Shown: positions 15,043 to 29,965 of the stretch, one piece after another
Position numbering within the stretch: position 1 is the stretch's first letter
Layout of the letters: each line of letters begins with the position of its first letter
Made by a program: the position numbers and the translations under genes
Notes under the pieces: generated by a model
What the model was told of the DNA's origin: nothing
The model's input: the letters and a program-made list of their open reading frames with translations, nothing else
Databases searched by the model: none
DNA from: Eledone cirrhosa
Lineage: Eukaryota
Assembly (NCBI GenBank): GCA_964016885.1
Contig: OZ024743.1
Location: 64,418,001-64,482,000 of the forward strand
DNA: 64,000 nt
Direction: 5' to 3'

Positions 15043-15146
<104 letters not shown>

Positions 15147-15552
15147 AACAAATATAGAGTGCTTATCCGACTAACACCATGTTGAAAATAATGTTTGCTC
15201 AAATCATAGTGGCTCGCTTATTTGTTGTTATTGTTGGTATTGTTGTTGGTGTTGTTGTTGTTGGTGGTGGTGGTGTTTTTGGCGTTGCTGCTGTTGTTGT
15301 TGGTGTTGCTATTCTTGTTATTGTCGCTGGTGGTGGTGTTGGTGGTGTTTTTGATGTTGTTTGTGCAGCTGTTGTTGTTGTTGTCGTTGTTGGAGTTTCT
15401 GTTTTCGATGTTGTTGTTGCCGCTGTTGTGGTTGTTCTTATTCCAGTTAATATTTTATGTTTCTTTGTCCTCTGCTGAGACCTCTTCGACGATTACCCGC
15501 TTGTCACGTTATAACACTTACAAACCTACTCTCTCTTTCACTATCTAAATAT

Positions 15553-15594
<42 letters not shown>

Positions 15595-15829
15595 TCCTCT
15601 ACTTCTATATTCACCAACACTAAACAAGTAACCGCCTCTAACTCAGCGGCTGACGAAGTGAATAATAACCAAGACAACTAGATAACCTACAATGCAATTT
15701 GTGGTAAATATTCCATATTTTCTTTATTACCCTAGCTTAGGCACAGAGTATATCACCCTGTACCCATCCTCTTCTCATTCACCAGTTGCCTAATATTCCT
15801 TGCTCTTTCCCTCCTATTATTTACATTTA

Positions 15830-16020
15830 TAGCGGTGGATTGGCAGTATCGGTAGAGGGTCGGACGCCATGCTTTCCAGCATAGTTACGTCCCTTTATGA
15901 TCTGAGTTCAAATCCCGCCGAGGTTGACTTTGCCTTTCATCCTTACGGGGTCGATAAAATAAAGTACCAGTAATGCACTGGATAATTGCTGGCCTTGTGC
16001 CTAAAGTAGAAACAATTATT
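15830..16020 (+). mobile_element. tRNA-derived SINE, full length
   Basis: gcggtggattggcagtatcgg..gagttcaaatcccgcc..gtagaaacaatt; tattatttacatttatag is duplicated on both sides (TSD-like). Confidence 0.88.
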
Positions 16021-16782
16021 TACATTTATAGCATTTATAGTCCTTTCTTTTACTTTCCTCAACAGCCAGATCTTCCCTTCTTAACCCTTTCCGCTTGTTT
16101 TTTTTTCATTACTTAATTTTGTCTTTATCTTCATTTGAAATATTTCCATCATTATATTACTCCTGTCTGTAAAATATATTTGACATAATATGTCTTTGTA
16201 TAACAGATACCAAAATAAAATATTTATCCCTTTTCAGTAAAAAAAAGTTTTAGCATGTATTTAAACTTCCCAACTTATATTCCCATTGGAGAGCTCTCTG
16301 AAAGTATTTTCCCCTCCTTTCTAAGATAGTTATTTCATTTTAATAGGTTAACCTTTTAGCATTCAAACCGGCCATATCCGGCCAGAATTCTCTCACCTCT
16401 TTCTGTTCAAACCAGCCGTAACTGGCTGCTCATACCTATATTAAGGTATTGTTCTCAAAGTGACATCAAAATCTCGTAGATTTGATATTACATAGATAAT
16501 TATGTAAAATAAAGCCTTTACTGTGAAAATACAATAGTAACTATACAATAATGTAAATACTAAAGGATTAAGTGACTGCTTCGTTAAATTCATTCGGACG
16601 TTAATTCTGAAACGAGACAGCAGCGATAGAGATAGTAAAAATGATAGCTGACGACTGAGGCGAATGATCGTGGCGTCCCTCTGCCACAGTCATACAATCG
16701 TTATACTCTAAATATTGAGGAAGCAGCGAAAAATTGAAGACTGCTTCGTTAGATTGTAATACTGTGTTTAAACACAGCAGAG

Positions 16783-17020
16783 ACGGTGAGTTGACAAAGT
16801 TGTTAAAGCGTAGGAAAAATGTCTTGCTGTATTTGTTCCAGCTTTTTGCACGCTGAGTTCAAATCACATCGATGTTGACTTTGCCTTTCATCCTTACGAT
16901 GATATATGACAGAATTATTAGGGTGTTGGAGAATATGTTTTATGTTATTCTTAGTTCAGATCTCACTGAAGTCCATTTTGTCTTTCATTCTTCTGGGGTC
17001 TATAAAATCAGTCAAGTACA
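16783..17020 (+). mobile_element. Two old SINE fragments
   Basis: gagttcaaatcac..gactttgcctttcatcc and agttcagatctc..tttgtctttcattc. Confidence 0.6.
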
Positions 17021-17347
17021 AGCGATGATTTAACCGTCACTTGGTTTAACACACCCCTATCATTTGTGTAACTTTAACAGATCCCAGTCTATTGCCAATA
17101 TTCAGGGTAGTTCTGTATAAGGATACTTTCCCTCCTCTTACTTCTTACACGGCTATGAAGCTCCGAAAAGCGTCATGGGCACTGCTGACATTCCCTCCCT
17201 GACTAAACAGAGGTACAAAGTTCGATTCTTCATAGTGGCTGCTGGCTATTTTTTCCGTTTAAAGGTTTTTTTTACCTGATTTATATATAACAATCGACTG
17301 TATTTACAATCATTTTCCGTGTTTGAGATTTCTACATTTTCTAAGTG

Positions 17348-17383
<36 letters not shown>

Positions 17384-17514
17384 TATTATTGGAATTTGGT
17401 TAAACTTTATTCCGCAAATCCTGATGACATGCAGATATTATATGTATTATGTCTTGTGTAAATAATTGCTTATTAACTGTTCCAGATTATTGACCAACAG
17501 TTAAATATAGTCTC

Positions 17515-17554
17515 TCAGAGTTCTTTCGTCACACACCCGTGACATCATCAGTGA
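17515..17554 (-). ncRNA. Minimal hammerhead ribozyme motif
   Basis: TCA-CTGATGA-t-GTCAC gggtgt GTGAC-GAAA-GAAC-TC-TGA; homologous to 24880 and 53670. Confidence 0.68.
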
Positions 17555-18147
17555 TGTTATTATGTTTCAACTCGTTGTATTGTTGTAATCAATTATTGTT
17601 TACATATGCACATACCATTGTCGCCTGTATAGAAAAGTATGTAGAAATTAAAGAATGGATTTAATTTATTAACCTTGGTTTTTCTTCAATTTATATATAT
17701 ATATATATATTCAAAATTGGTTTGGAAAAATCAACCAGCTCCCATTAAAGTTTTGAATATATATGCTTTGCTTATTTCTTATATGTATCACGAACTCTTT
17801 ATAAGCTCTAAACCTTGCATCTCCCTCAATGCTTATTTTGCATGGATTAATTATTGAGCAATTTGCTTTTTCCTGTGGCTGACATTTACAACTTATATAT
17901 CTATCTCTACTCTCCTTTGAGGTTTGATTATATTCTTCCACTTTTGATATATATATATATATATCAAAAGCTTGTATTGAGTTAGAAACTCAAAATAGTC
18001 TCATTACAGTAAATTAGCTCTAGGAAAAAGGCTTTTCCGAGCCGTATATAACTGAACAAAAAGGAAAAAACGGCCACAGATTTTGGTCCATTACGATTTG
18101 AACACACATATATATATGTCTGTGTTTGTTTTTTCCTTTTTGTTCAG

Positions 18148-18204
<57 letters not shown>

Positions 18205-18756
18205 TGTATGTATGTATGTATGTATGTATGTATGTATGTATGTATATACATACAGGTATATACAGTTACTGTAGTTGGTTTATGAAAACAACCCTAACAA
18301 ACTGACCTGATTCCAAGGCAACTGACCTAAGAAATTCAGTAGACTTGGTATTGGAATGATAAGACTGTATCTGACCAATGAGAGGAAAGTTAAATTCTAC
18401 TGATGCTTGAATTCGTTCATTCTAAATCATATGCCACCAGTTTTTTTAGAAAACAACACCATTCTTCAGGACTGGGCATATCAAAAGATCGAAATAACGT
18501 AGGTAAACTTTGTTCGATTATTATGTTTTTCTGTTTTTTCTGTTCAAGTTCTAACTGTCTGACGAGACCATAGCTGTTAAATAATGGTTATCACCAAAAT
18601 ATATATATAACAGCGAATATGAATAAACGAAGTTAATTTTAACCTATTGTACTTCTTGTTTTTAATTACTTCGGAGTAAAAAGACCCACCTGCGCACCTC
18701 GTTGAGTGCTTTACTCTGCATACTGAAGTGTCGGTAACTAACCAACACATACTCAA

Positions 18757-18886
<130 letters not shown>

Positions 18887-19324
18887 GATCTATGTCTGAA
18901 AATAATCAGTAGAAGCAGTTCACGAAGTTTAATAAATTATTTTGCCCTGAGAAAGGAGTATAAAGTTCCGGGCAGACCCTTTCACCAAATAATCCAGCTT
19001 TATACCATTCACATAGCTTGACGTTGTGTGATGGCTGCTACGTGAAGGACTTGTTCAAGATACACTACATGAATATAGCAAAGTTCAGTTAAGTCTTAGT
19101 GATACAAATGATGTGTTACGAAACTCACCATCTTCGCCATTCATCAAAATGTTGTGTATGTGTGTATGTGTGTGCATGTCTGTGTGTGTGTGTATGTTTG
19201 TGTGTGTGTGTGTATGTGTGTGTGTGTGTGTGGTGTATGTGGTGCTGGTGGTGTGGGGTTGGATGAATTGCTGCTATTTGTCATTTTGTAGCGTATTTGT
19301 GGTAGTCACTATCTTCATATCTCT

Positions 19325-19479
19325 TGTGATTGATGATGGTGGTAGTGATGATGATGATGACGACGACGATGACGATGATGTTGATGATGATGATGGTGAC
19401 GATGATGATGATGATGATGATGATGACGACGACGACGACGACGATGATGATGATGATGATAATGATGGTGACGATGATG

Positions 19480-19511
<32 letters not shown>

Positions 19512-19545
19512 GGCTGTAGTGATGAGGATGAAGATGATGATGATG
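19325..19545. repeat. (GAT)n microsatellite
   Basis: Direct reading. Confidence 0.95.
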
Positions 19546-19638
19546 TTTTGTTAAAAACGAGTGGGGGTTCTTCAATCTGTGTATTGTCACTTTATTTCAT
19601 TCAGAATTCGGTTTTTTGTGGAATCATATGCATACATG

Positions 19639-19766
<128 letters not shown>

Positions 19767-19806
19767 TACATACATACATACATACATACATACATACATA
19801 CATACA

Positions 19807-19837
<31 letters not shown>

Positions 19838-19839
<2 letters not shown>

Positions 19840-20310
19840 GATGGCTGCCCCTCGTTATCGAGTATGGCCATTGCACGATATACAATTATTAATAATTATT
19901 AATTAATTCTATCGTGCAATGCCTTTGCGTGAAGATTTTTTTAAGTGAGGAAAGACTGTGCACTGAGCCAATCCCACTCTCTGAGCGACAGTAGCTATAA
20001 CCCGAAAAGAAGAAAAGATCAACATCATCGGTAACTACTGAGCCGCAGGTTTTATATCGGTGTTACCCCAGTTTCCTGAGTTTACTTCTCCTAGAAGAAT
20101 GCCCTGACAAAGGTTAGGGGTCCTTCACTTCCAGTGGTTTAACCGCGCGGTACATGTGTATATACATATTTACACACTTTCGGATGGCCGTTGACTCTTA
20201 TGATTTCTTCCGCCTTTTGTCAGGTTTTGTTTTTTGTTTTGTGTCCAAAATCACCCTCTTCACCAAGTAAACTTGGTGGGGTTGCCGGTTTAGTCGCCGA
20301 CGACCCCACT
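19838..20310 (+). mobile_element. (TACA)n-associated structured non-coding element
   Basis: Starts atgatggctgcccctcgttatcgagtatgg after (TACA)n and ends gtcgccgacgaccc before catacatac. Homologues at 22465, 30217, 30926 and 60185. Confidence 0.78.
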
Positions 20311-20329
20311 ATGCATACATACATATATA

Positions 20330-22463
20330 CATCAACAAAACTGCGATGTCGGAGGTGCGGCAACTTAGGAGGAATATGGCTACAGTCTGGCTGGACTACA
20401 GGAAAGCTTTCGATTCTGTTCCCCACTCTTGGATGATAGAGACCCTCCAGCTTGCTAAAGTCCCAGACATTATTGTCGGAGCCATAGAGAGGCTGTCTTA
20501 TTCTTGGGCTACTATCCTAAGGTTAAAGACAGAGAGGGAGGATCGTATTTTCACTGATAAAATAAAATATTGCAGGGGTATATTTCAGGGGGACAGTCTC
20601 TCTGTTCTATTATTCATCTTGTCATTAAACCCCTTGTCCTTTCTACTCAAGAAATGTGAGGGATACATCATTGGCTCACAGGAGGACAGAAATACGAACC
20701 TAACCCATAATTTCTTTGTGGACGATCTGAAAATCTATGCCAAGAACATGGATGGGATTACATGACTGTAAAGCGGGGAAAAACAACAACCTAATCTAGC
20801 AACATTGTCATCAATGGCCTAACTGCTTCACCGATATCTGATGAGGACTGCTACAGATACCTGTGGATAGATGAGAACATATCCTATAATGGTATCTGTA
20901 ATAAAGAACGCGTAACCAGGGAATACTACACCCGATTAAGAAAGATCTGGTCATCGGAACTCTCTGCACAAAACAAAACAGTGGCTCACAATGTGTTTGC
21001 TGTGCCTGTCCTAACACCAACGTTTGGAATACTCAGTTGGACGATAGACGAAATCCGAGCAGTTGATGTTGGAACTCGAAAAATACTAAACAACACCGGA
21101 AACTTCCACATCAACAGTGACATAGACCGCCTTTACTTGAAACGTAAGCAGGGAGGCAGAGGCCTAACATCAGTCCAGACAACATTTGAATGTCGCATCA
21201 TATCTCTCCGACAACATCTACGAACCTCGAAGCTAGGAGCCCGTTTCTTGAGCAAGTCTATCTGCATGAAACAGATAAGATCATGAGAGTTGGGAAGGAA
21301 CTCCTCGAGAGATATTCCCTGTGTGATAATCAAAAACTCACACCCAGGGAAGTCGCTCATTAGTATCGCAGTGAATCCATGGATGAAAAACTACATACTT
21401 ATCAGCAAAAAAATCATGCATAGATATGTTGCCAGGAAGCTCCAGAATGAGAGTAATATAGATAAGGAAAGTAGTCTATCTTGGACCAACAACCGCTATA
21501 TTGGCTCCCACTTTGAAGGATACGCTTTTGCAATCCAAGAACAGGAGATTAACACGAAATACCTGATTCACAAAAGAGATAGGGATGCAGGCAAAACACC
21601 TAGATGGGATAACAAGTGCAGACTCTGCAGAACTAACATCGAGGATATCACCCATGTCATCAGCAGTTGTCCAAAGATGTCATCACGGTACTATCTACCT
21701 ATGAGGCATGATGTAGTGGCCAAAACACTGTACAATTCAGTTCGTAAAAAAGATAGCCCCGATAATAAACACATTAAAAGCTACAGCAATGTGGAAGACA
21801 TCCATGTACATAATATGAAAGAGTACTGGTGGAATGTTCCAGTAAAAACCTCAATAAAATGCAGGCATAACAGACCAGATATTATGATATGGGACAGGGA
21901 GAAGAAAGCAGGCACAGTAGTGGAAATTAGCTGCCCAGCAGATGCCAATATAATATCAAAGATTAGTGAAAAGGAGAATATTTATGCAGAACTGATGAGA
22001 AATCTGAAGATACTCCACCCTGATTACACCTTCAGATTTATGCCTGTGATTATTGGGGCACTGGGGTATGTTAGTAACTGCCTCAATACAAATCTTGAGA
22101 AGCTAGGCTTCACGGGAACAGAAAGAACACAACTAGTTAGGAAATTACAAATACAATCCATTAATGGAACAGTAAAAATATGTAAAACATTCCAAAGATG
22201 TTGCATCTAATAACTGCATATACACATGTACAGATGCAAAGCATATACACATGCACACAACTCAAAACATCCACATCCACACATACAATAACATCCATAT
22301 CTACACATGCAGGCATACATGCATACATATCTACCTAGTTGATGTTGTGCAAATTCCAATGAGAGAGTCTTGTGTCTATGTTAGAAACCGACTCTCTCTC
22401 TATTGGTAAATGTTTGTGAAATTATAAAACCAGAAGAACATACATACATACATACATACATAC
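20330..22463 (+). mobile_element. 5'-truncated, frameshifted R4/Dong-like RLE non-LTR retrotransposon
   Basis: RT motifs LDYRKAFDSVPH, GIFQGDSLS, FVDDLK, LYLKRKQGGRGL; CCHC knuckle CRLC..HVISSC; RHD, RPD and EISCP nuclease motifs; stop at 22210; hairpin 3'UTR (22355-22406); (TACA)n tail. Confidence 0.92.
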
Positions 22464-22464
22464 A

Positions 22465-23048
22465 TGGCCACTACTTTATATCCATGTAGGAGAACCCCTA
22501 CTGATGCGCTGAACGAGTGTGACTTTTTAGTCCAGCCAGCGACTTGAAAACTCTGGTACAAACACTACACTTGTGACAATTATTGACACATAATGCTGGA
22601 CCCATGGTACCATGTGACGACAAGTGCAGAGAGATCTCCAGATATAAAGCAATGCCTGTGCCGTGAAGCTTTTATAGTGAACAAAGGCACTGCACAAAGC
22701 CAGTCCCACACTCTTAACCAAGATGATATTTACCAAAAAGAAGAACAAGTCAACATCATTGGATACCATCAGGGTTGCAGGTGTTATATCAGAGTTTTCC
22801 TTCTCCTAGAATTCTGCCTTGACAAAGGCTAAGGGGTCATCTCTCCCGGTGATTTTGGATGGCTATTGACTCTTAAGAGCTCCTTTTCCCTTTGACAGGT
22901 TTTGTTTTTAGTCCTGCAGGATGTCCAAAGTCACCCTCCTTACCAAGAAACCTTGGTGGGGTTGCCAGTTTAGTCGCCAACGACCCGACCATGAGACAGG
23001 TTGTACTGGGATACATGTTACCAGTAGCACCAACTGGTGACCTGACAT
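22465..23048 (+). mobile_element. (TACA)n-associated structured non-coding element
   Basis: Nearly identical to 30245-30811; (TACA)n on both sides. Confidence 0.8.
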
Positions 23049-23049
23049 A

Positions 23050-23080
<31 letters not shown>

Positions 23081-23224
23081 CATACATACATACATACATA
23101 CATACATACATACATACATACATACATACATACATACATACATACATACATACATACGTAGAAATTTGGCACCACGTGTACCATCTGAGTCTAACTCGAC
23201 TGTTGTGGAAAACACTATCGATAA

Positions 23225-23560
23225 TAATGGTTTCTTATATAGGCACAAGGCCAGTAATTTGTGGGGAGGGGAAAGTCGATTAAATCGACCCCAGTGCGTA
23301 ACGGGTACTTTATTTTATCGACCCCATAAGGATGAAAAGCAAAGTTAACCTCGGCGGGATTTGAGCTCAGATTATTAAGAGCCGTAACTCTATGCTGCAA
23401 AGCATGGCGTCCGACCCTCTACCGATACTGCCAATCCACCGCCCTATAATAATTGTTTCTACTTTAGGCACAAGGCCAGCAATTACCCAGTGCATTACTG
23501 GTACTTTATTTTATTGACCCCGTAAGGATGAAAGGCAAAGTTAACCTTGGCGGGATTTGA
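23225..23560 (-). mobile_element. Two tandem tRNA-SINE copies
   Basis: SINE core at 23305-23370 and 23500-23560, inserted in an aataat tract. Confidence 0.85.
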
Positions 23561-24307
23561 TCCACCAATAATAATGAAAAGTATAAACAATTGAAATTTC
23601 CTCCCAGAGAGAAATTAATTCATGTATAAACATTTCTCTTGCTGAACGTAATAAAACAACAATACTAAGTAGAATGAAACCAAATAATGAAATCTTACGT
23701 GCTATTGACGTGCTATTGATGAAATAGGGGATGAATATTTACGACGGATAAAAACCCCAACATTTTGGCAAATCAACGCCTGTTTATATGCCCTAGCAAC
23801 GCCTGTGGATCATTATCTTGGTGATAACAGAGATATTAACAAGAACAAAACACCACAAAAATACCATCAACTATATTACTAAAACAGAGAATGTCTGTTT
23901 GTCTGTCTGTCTGTCCAATCACTAAAACTCGAGAACCACCCAACCGAGTTTTTTTCAAACTTAACATATCTAATATTTATGGTCCCGTGCGCGTTTTGAG
24001 CAAAACATTTTCAAATTTTCAATGCCCTAGGCACTGCATTAGGCGATTTAGCGATCTCTGTCTATAATACTTAGTCTTTCTCTTTTTAGATAGATACATA
24101 GATATAACTTCGCGCCTTTATAATATCTGTCTGTATGGGTGGCTGGCTGTCTGCATTACGTCATTATGACGCGGTGTGTGTGTGTATGTGTATATATATA
24201 TATATGTATATATAGTAATAATAATAAATTTGAAGACTAAAATCCAAAGAGGGCTCGATAAGGATAAATATATATCAGATATATAAGAACCGTAGAGCAA
24301 ATATTTA

Positions 24308-24424
24308 TTAAAATAACAGATTAAAGTTTAAGCCAAGAATCGCTGCTTTCACCCTTAACGGGATCTTCAGAAGATCCCGTTAAGGGTGAAAGCAGCGATT
24401 CTTGGCTTAAACTTTAATCTGTTA

Positions 24425-24430
<6 letters not shown>
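24308..24430. repeat. Perfect ~120-bp palindrome
   Basis: Arms mirror around the single A at 24369 (gggatcttc-a-gaagatccc). Spaced version at 25744-25834 / 25995-26085. Confidence 0.9.
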
Positions 24431-24495
<65 letters not shown>

Positions 24496-24546
24496 ATATA
24501 TATTTCGTTTCTGAATTTGATTCTTGGCTTAAACTTTAATCTGTTA

Positions 24547-24707
<161 letters not shown>

Positions 24708-24769
24708 ATATATTTCGTTTCTGAATTTGTTTAGTAAGATTCTTTATCTGAAAACGTGTGTTGAAACCG

Positions 24770-25070
24770 ATATTGTTATACTTTGGGAGGGTCATGTTGC
24801 CAATAAGAAACACACGCAAAAACAAGATGGCGTAGGACAGAACAAAGGAGAGGCACAAAAACAAAGAAAAGAATCCCCAGTCACTGAAGAGGTAACAGAA
24901 TGTGTGACGAAAGAACTTTGACAATATATGAACAAACATCTGGTTGTGGAACCAACCAACCAACCGGAAATTTATAAATTCCTAAACTTATAAATTTAAT
25001 TTATAATAAATTGAAGTGAAAGCAACCGGTGCGTGTGTTTCTTATTGGCAAGATGACCCTCCCAAAGTAT

Positions 25071-25080
<10 letters not shown>
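24770..25080 (+). mobile_element. Penelope pLTR-derived mini-element with inverted ends
   Basis: tattgttatactttgggagggtcatgttgccaataagaaacac is inverted at 25035-25078. The same terminus occurs at 44059 and at 53564 beside the GIY-YIG remnant. Contains a hammerhead. Confidence 0.78.
24880..24922 (+). ncRNA. Minimal hammerhead ribozyme motif
   Basis: GTCA-CTGAAGA-g-GTAAC agaatgt GTGAC-GAAA-GAAC-TT-TGAC. Confidence 0.68.
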
Positions 25081-25138
<58 letters not shown>

Positions 25139-25401
25139 GGAAAAAATGAAACGAAATTTCATTTCCCACTCTTAGTACGGCTGTTACTTAAATATAAGTA
25201 TGTACACGTGCATACATATATGTATACAGACGTACAGTAGTATGTATATATATATACATACATGCACACATATATATATGTACGTATGGTTTCACCGAAC
25301 ATTTATTATAATGCTCGGTGTGTTTGTAAACAAACATCCCGTATTAAGCCGTAGTGTCTAGCAACCATCGTTGCTCGTTTGTTCAACACTGACAAATGAA
25401 C

Positions 25402-25440
25402 GCTGTACTAGTTTCAAGCTTATTAGCTAGCGTCAGCAAC
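25402..25440 (-). ncRNA. Hammerhead-like motif (A9 substituted) in the loop of an inverted repeat
   Basis: GTTG-CTGACGC-t-AGCT aata AGCT-t-GAAA-CTAG-TA-CAGC; flanking arms at 25192-25285 and 25466-25558. Confidence 0.5.
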
Positions 25441-25550
25441 ATATACCTTCCTGCCAGATTGTTGAACGTACATATATATATGTGTGCATGTATGTATATA
25501 TATACATACTACTGTACGTCTGTATACATATATGTATGCACGTGTACATA

Positions 25551-25652
<102 letters not shown>

Positions 25653-26086
25653 TATAGTAATAATAATAAATTTGAAGACTAAAATCCAAAGAGGGCTCGA
25701 TAAGGATAAATATATATCAAATATATAAGAACCGTAGAGCAAATATTTATTAAAATAACAGATTAAAGTTTAAGCAAAGAATCGCTGCTTTCACCCTTAA
25801 CGGGATCTTCTGAAACTAACAAAGTCAATCTGTGGTTTTGTCTTTGCGTGTAATTGTTTTTCACCGCTCCAAATAATGACGTATTATATTCGTTTTTTCC
25901 CGTTCTTTGCCAGGGAACGTTTCCACGAACCAAAGTATCGTCTTCCTGTCTTCCTCCGGTTGCAAGGTTTTTTTAAAATATTCACTTCTGCGTTCACAGA
26001 TTGACTTTGTTAGTTTCAGAAGATCCCGTTAAGGGTGAAAGCAGCGATTCTTTGCTTAAACTTTAATCTGTTATTTTAATAAATAA

Positions 26087-26136
<50 letters not shown>

Positions 26137-29100
26137 TAGGGCGGGTAAAATTCCCGAGATCCATGGACGAGTTCTCTCCAGCGGTCTCTGTCCCTCATTG
26201 CTGCCATGTCCTGCAGTGTGTCCATGTAGGGGCTCCCACAGGAGCACTGAGTGCAATGTCAACTCTGGATGTTGGTGAGCTTGTCCAGCTAACCTCAGTC
26301 TCCTCTAATAGCGATACTCCGACCATTTACCAACTCACTCAACAAACTTTAGGAAATACCGGAGTATATTCCCAATTAAATGTTTGGGGTGCTAACTATA
26401 TTGTATTGTGTGCCGATAATTGGCTGTATTATTTTATATGAGACATATTGACATATATATATATAATTATATATTCGTGTACAGATATTTTTGCAAATAC
26501 AATAACAAAATATAAACAAAAGTATTTATTTCGCGATAAAGTATTGATTTTCTTCGCACGGAAAAAAACACTGGTAATCTACGACGAATTTTTTTTATAA
26601 GCACAAAATGTAGACACCATCCCGAGGCCGAGGTATTCCGTACTTCCCTGTACTGTTATATATATATATATATATAATTATATATTCGTGTACAAATATT
26701 TTTGCATACACAATAACAAAATATAAACAAACATATTTATTTCACGAGGCTCGATAAGGATAAATATATATCAAATATATAAGAACCCTAGAGCAAATCC
26801 CGAGCAACGCCGGACCATTCTACTAGTATATAACTAAAATAGAAAAAAAGATTGCTGACCTACGAAAAACTATAGGTTATGTGACAATGCTCCTTATATG
26901 CAACAAAAACAAAAAACTTCACTCCTCACCAACAAAGAGTGAAAGATAAAATAGAAACGATGTTTGCTAACAGTAGAACCAGAACTCTTCAATATAAGCT
27001 GATCACCCTCAAACAAGAATTGAGAGCTGTTAGCGAGAAACGTCGATACCAGAAGGTAAGATGAAAGAAAAGTATTTAATAAAAGATTCAGACGAAACAA
27101 AACATCAGTCTATAGAGATATGAAGGGCAATGTAATAAATGTCACCGAGACCCCATCCCAGAAAGACATAGATTCCTTCTGGAGAAAATATGGGGTGAAA
27201 AGAAGAGGAAGATACACATATACCAGAATGGTGGGCATTAGCACAAACAATACTGGTTCCCAAGAACAAAGACACCCACTTGGCAAAAAAACTACCTACC
27301 CATTGCATGCCAGAAACTGATGTATAAGATGTATACAGCCTGCCTGAACCTATTTCTCCAAGATCACTGTGAAAATAATAACATCATCACAGATGAACAA
27401 GCAGCTGGAAAGAAAGGGGTTTGGGGATGTGCCTAATCAACAAAACTGCGATGTCGGAGGTGCGACAACTTAGGAGGAATATGGCTACAGTCTGGCTGGA
27501 CTGCAGGAAAGCTTTCGATTATGTTCCCCACTCATGGATGATAGAGGCCCTCCGACTTGCTAAAGCCCCAGACATTATTATCAGAGCCATAGAGAAGCTG
27601 TCTTCTTCTTGGGCTACTATCCTAAAGTTAAAGACGGAGAAGGAGGACTCTATTTTCACTGATAAAATAAAATATCGCAGGGGTATATTTCAAGGAGACA
27701 GTCTCTCAGTGCTACTATTTATCCTGCCATTAAACCCCTTGTCATTTCTGCTCAAGAAATGTGAAGGATACATCATTGGCTCACAGGACAGAAATACGAA
27801 CTTAATCCATAATTTATTTGTGGATGACCTGAAACTCTATGCGAAGAACATAAATAGGATGAAGAAAAATCTTGACCTGGTTACAACATTCTCAAAGGAT
27901 ATAGGAATGGAGCTTGGCCAAGATAAATGTTCATATATGACTGTAACGCGGGGAAAAAACAACAACCCAATCTAGCAACATTTGTATCAATGGCCTAACT
28001 GTTTCACCGATATCTGACGAGGACTGCTACAGATACCTGCGGATAGATGAGAATATATCCTATAATGGTATTTGTAATAAGGAACGCGCAACCAGGGAAT
28101 ATTACACCCACCCGATTAAGAAAAACATGGTCATCGGAACTCTCTGCACACAATAAAACAGTAGCTCACAATGTGTTTGCTGTGCTTGTCCTAACACCAA
28201 TGTTTGGAATACTCGATTGGACGAGAGACGAAATCCGAGCAATTGCTGTTAGAACTCGAAAAATACTAATCAACACCGGAAACTTCCACATCAACAGCGA
28301 CATAAAACGCCTCTACTTGAAACGTAAGCAGGGAGGCAGGGGCCTAACATCAGTCCAGACAGCATTTGAGTGTCGCATCATATCCCTCCGACAACATCTA
28401 CAAAACTTGAAGCATAGGAGCCCATCTATTGAGTAAGTCTATCTGCATGAAACAGATAAGATCATGAGAGTTGGGAAGGAACTCCTTGAAAGATACTCTA
28501 TGCATGATAATCAAAAACTCACACCCAGGGAAATTTCCCAGCAATACCACAGTGAATCCATGGATGAAAAGCTGCATGCTTATCGGCAAAAAAATCATGC
28601 ATGGATATGTTGTCAGAAAGCATGCATGGATATGTTCTGAGTGAAAGTAATATAGATAAGCAAAATAATCTATCTTGGACCAACAACCGCTATATTGGCT
28701 CCCATTTTGAAGGATACGCTTTTGCAATCCAAGAACAGGAAATCAACACAAAATACGTGATTCACAAAAGAGATAGGGATTCAGGCAAAACACCTAGATG
28801 TGACAAGTGCAGACTCTGCAGAATTAACATCGAAGAGTCACCCATGTCATAAGCAGCTGTCCAAAGATGTCATCACGGTACTATCTACCTATGAGGCATG
28901 ATGTAGTGGCCAAAACACTGAATAATGCAATCCGTAGAAAAGATAGCCCCGACAATAAACACATTAAAAGCTACAGCAATATGGAAGTCATATACATACA
29001 TATGAAAGAGTACTGGTGGAATGTTCCAATAAAAACCCCAATAAAATGCAGGCATAATAGACCAGATATAATGATAGGGGACAGAGAAAAGAAGGCATGC

Positions 29101-29354
29101 CCAGCAGATGCCAATATGATATTAAAGATTAGTGAAAAGGAGAATATCTATGTAGACCTAATGAGAAATCTGCAGATACTCCACCCTGATTATACCTTCA
29201 GATTTATGCCTGTGATTATTGGTGCAGTGGGATAGAGAGGGTAGGAGTGAGATTGAACGATGATTGTCTCAACCAAGGACGCCACAAATATAGTATATCA
29301 ACAAGGCGTACAACATCCTTACTAGCTATTCAAGTTATATACCTTTATAGTATA

Positions 29355-29626
29355 CTAGACCACCCGTCACCCGTTGGGTCACGTTCATCTTCAAAAAATA
29401 ATATTTTTAAAAAAATCATGTTCACTTAAAAATAATTTTTGAATAATTAAAATATACACAGACATGTAATGTGAAATGAAACTGGAAGGCCCATATATAT
29501 ACATGTGTGTATTTATATATATAAATGTGTGTGTGTATACATACATATATATAGAGAGAGAGATATGTATGTGTGTATATATATATATGTATGTGGGTGT
29601 CTGTGATCTATATACACTGGACATAG

Positions 29627-29716
<90 letters not shown>

Positions 29717-29894
29717 ACACACACACTCATATATATATATATATATATACACACACTCATATATATATATATATATACACAACATCACCAACTCCCTCAC
29801 TCTTCCATTCTCCTTCCCTGTCTCCTCTCTCTCTCTCTCTCTATGTCTATGTCTCTCTGTCAATCTACTCTCTCACAACCACTATCTCTCTCTC

Positions 29895-29965
<71 letters not shown>

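Noticed and set aside
20838-20870. CTGATGA hammerhead core
   Set aside because: Lies within LINE coding sequence with no stem II or GAAA. The same applies to 13193, 17421 and 54086.
21290-22210. Intact 306-aa gene
   Set aside because: It is the C-terminal part of a frameshifted retrotransposon ORF.
22940-23048. HDV-like or twister ribozyme in the TACA-associated element
   Set aside because: Only simple hairpins are visible; I could not build the required pseudoknots on either strand by eye.
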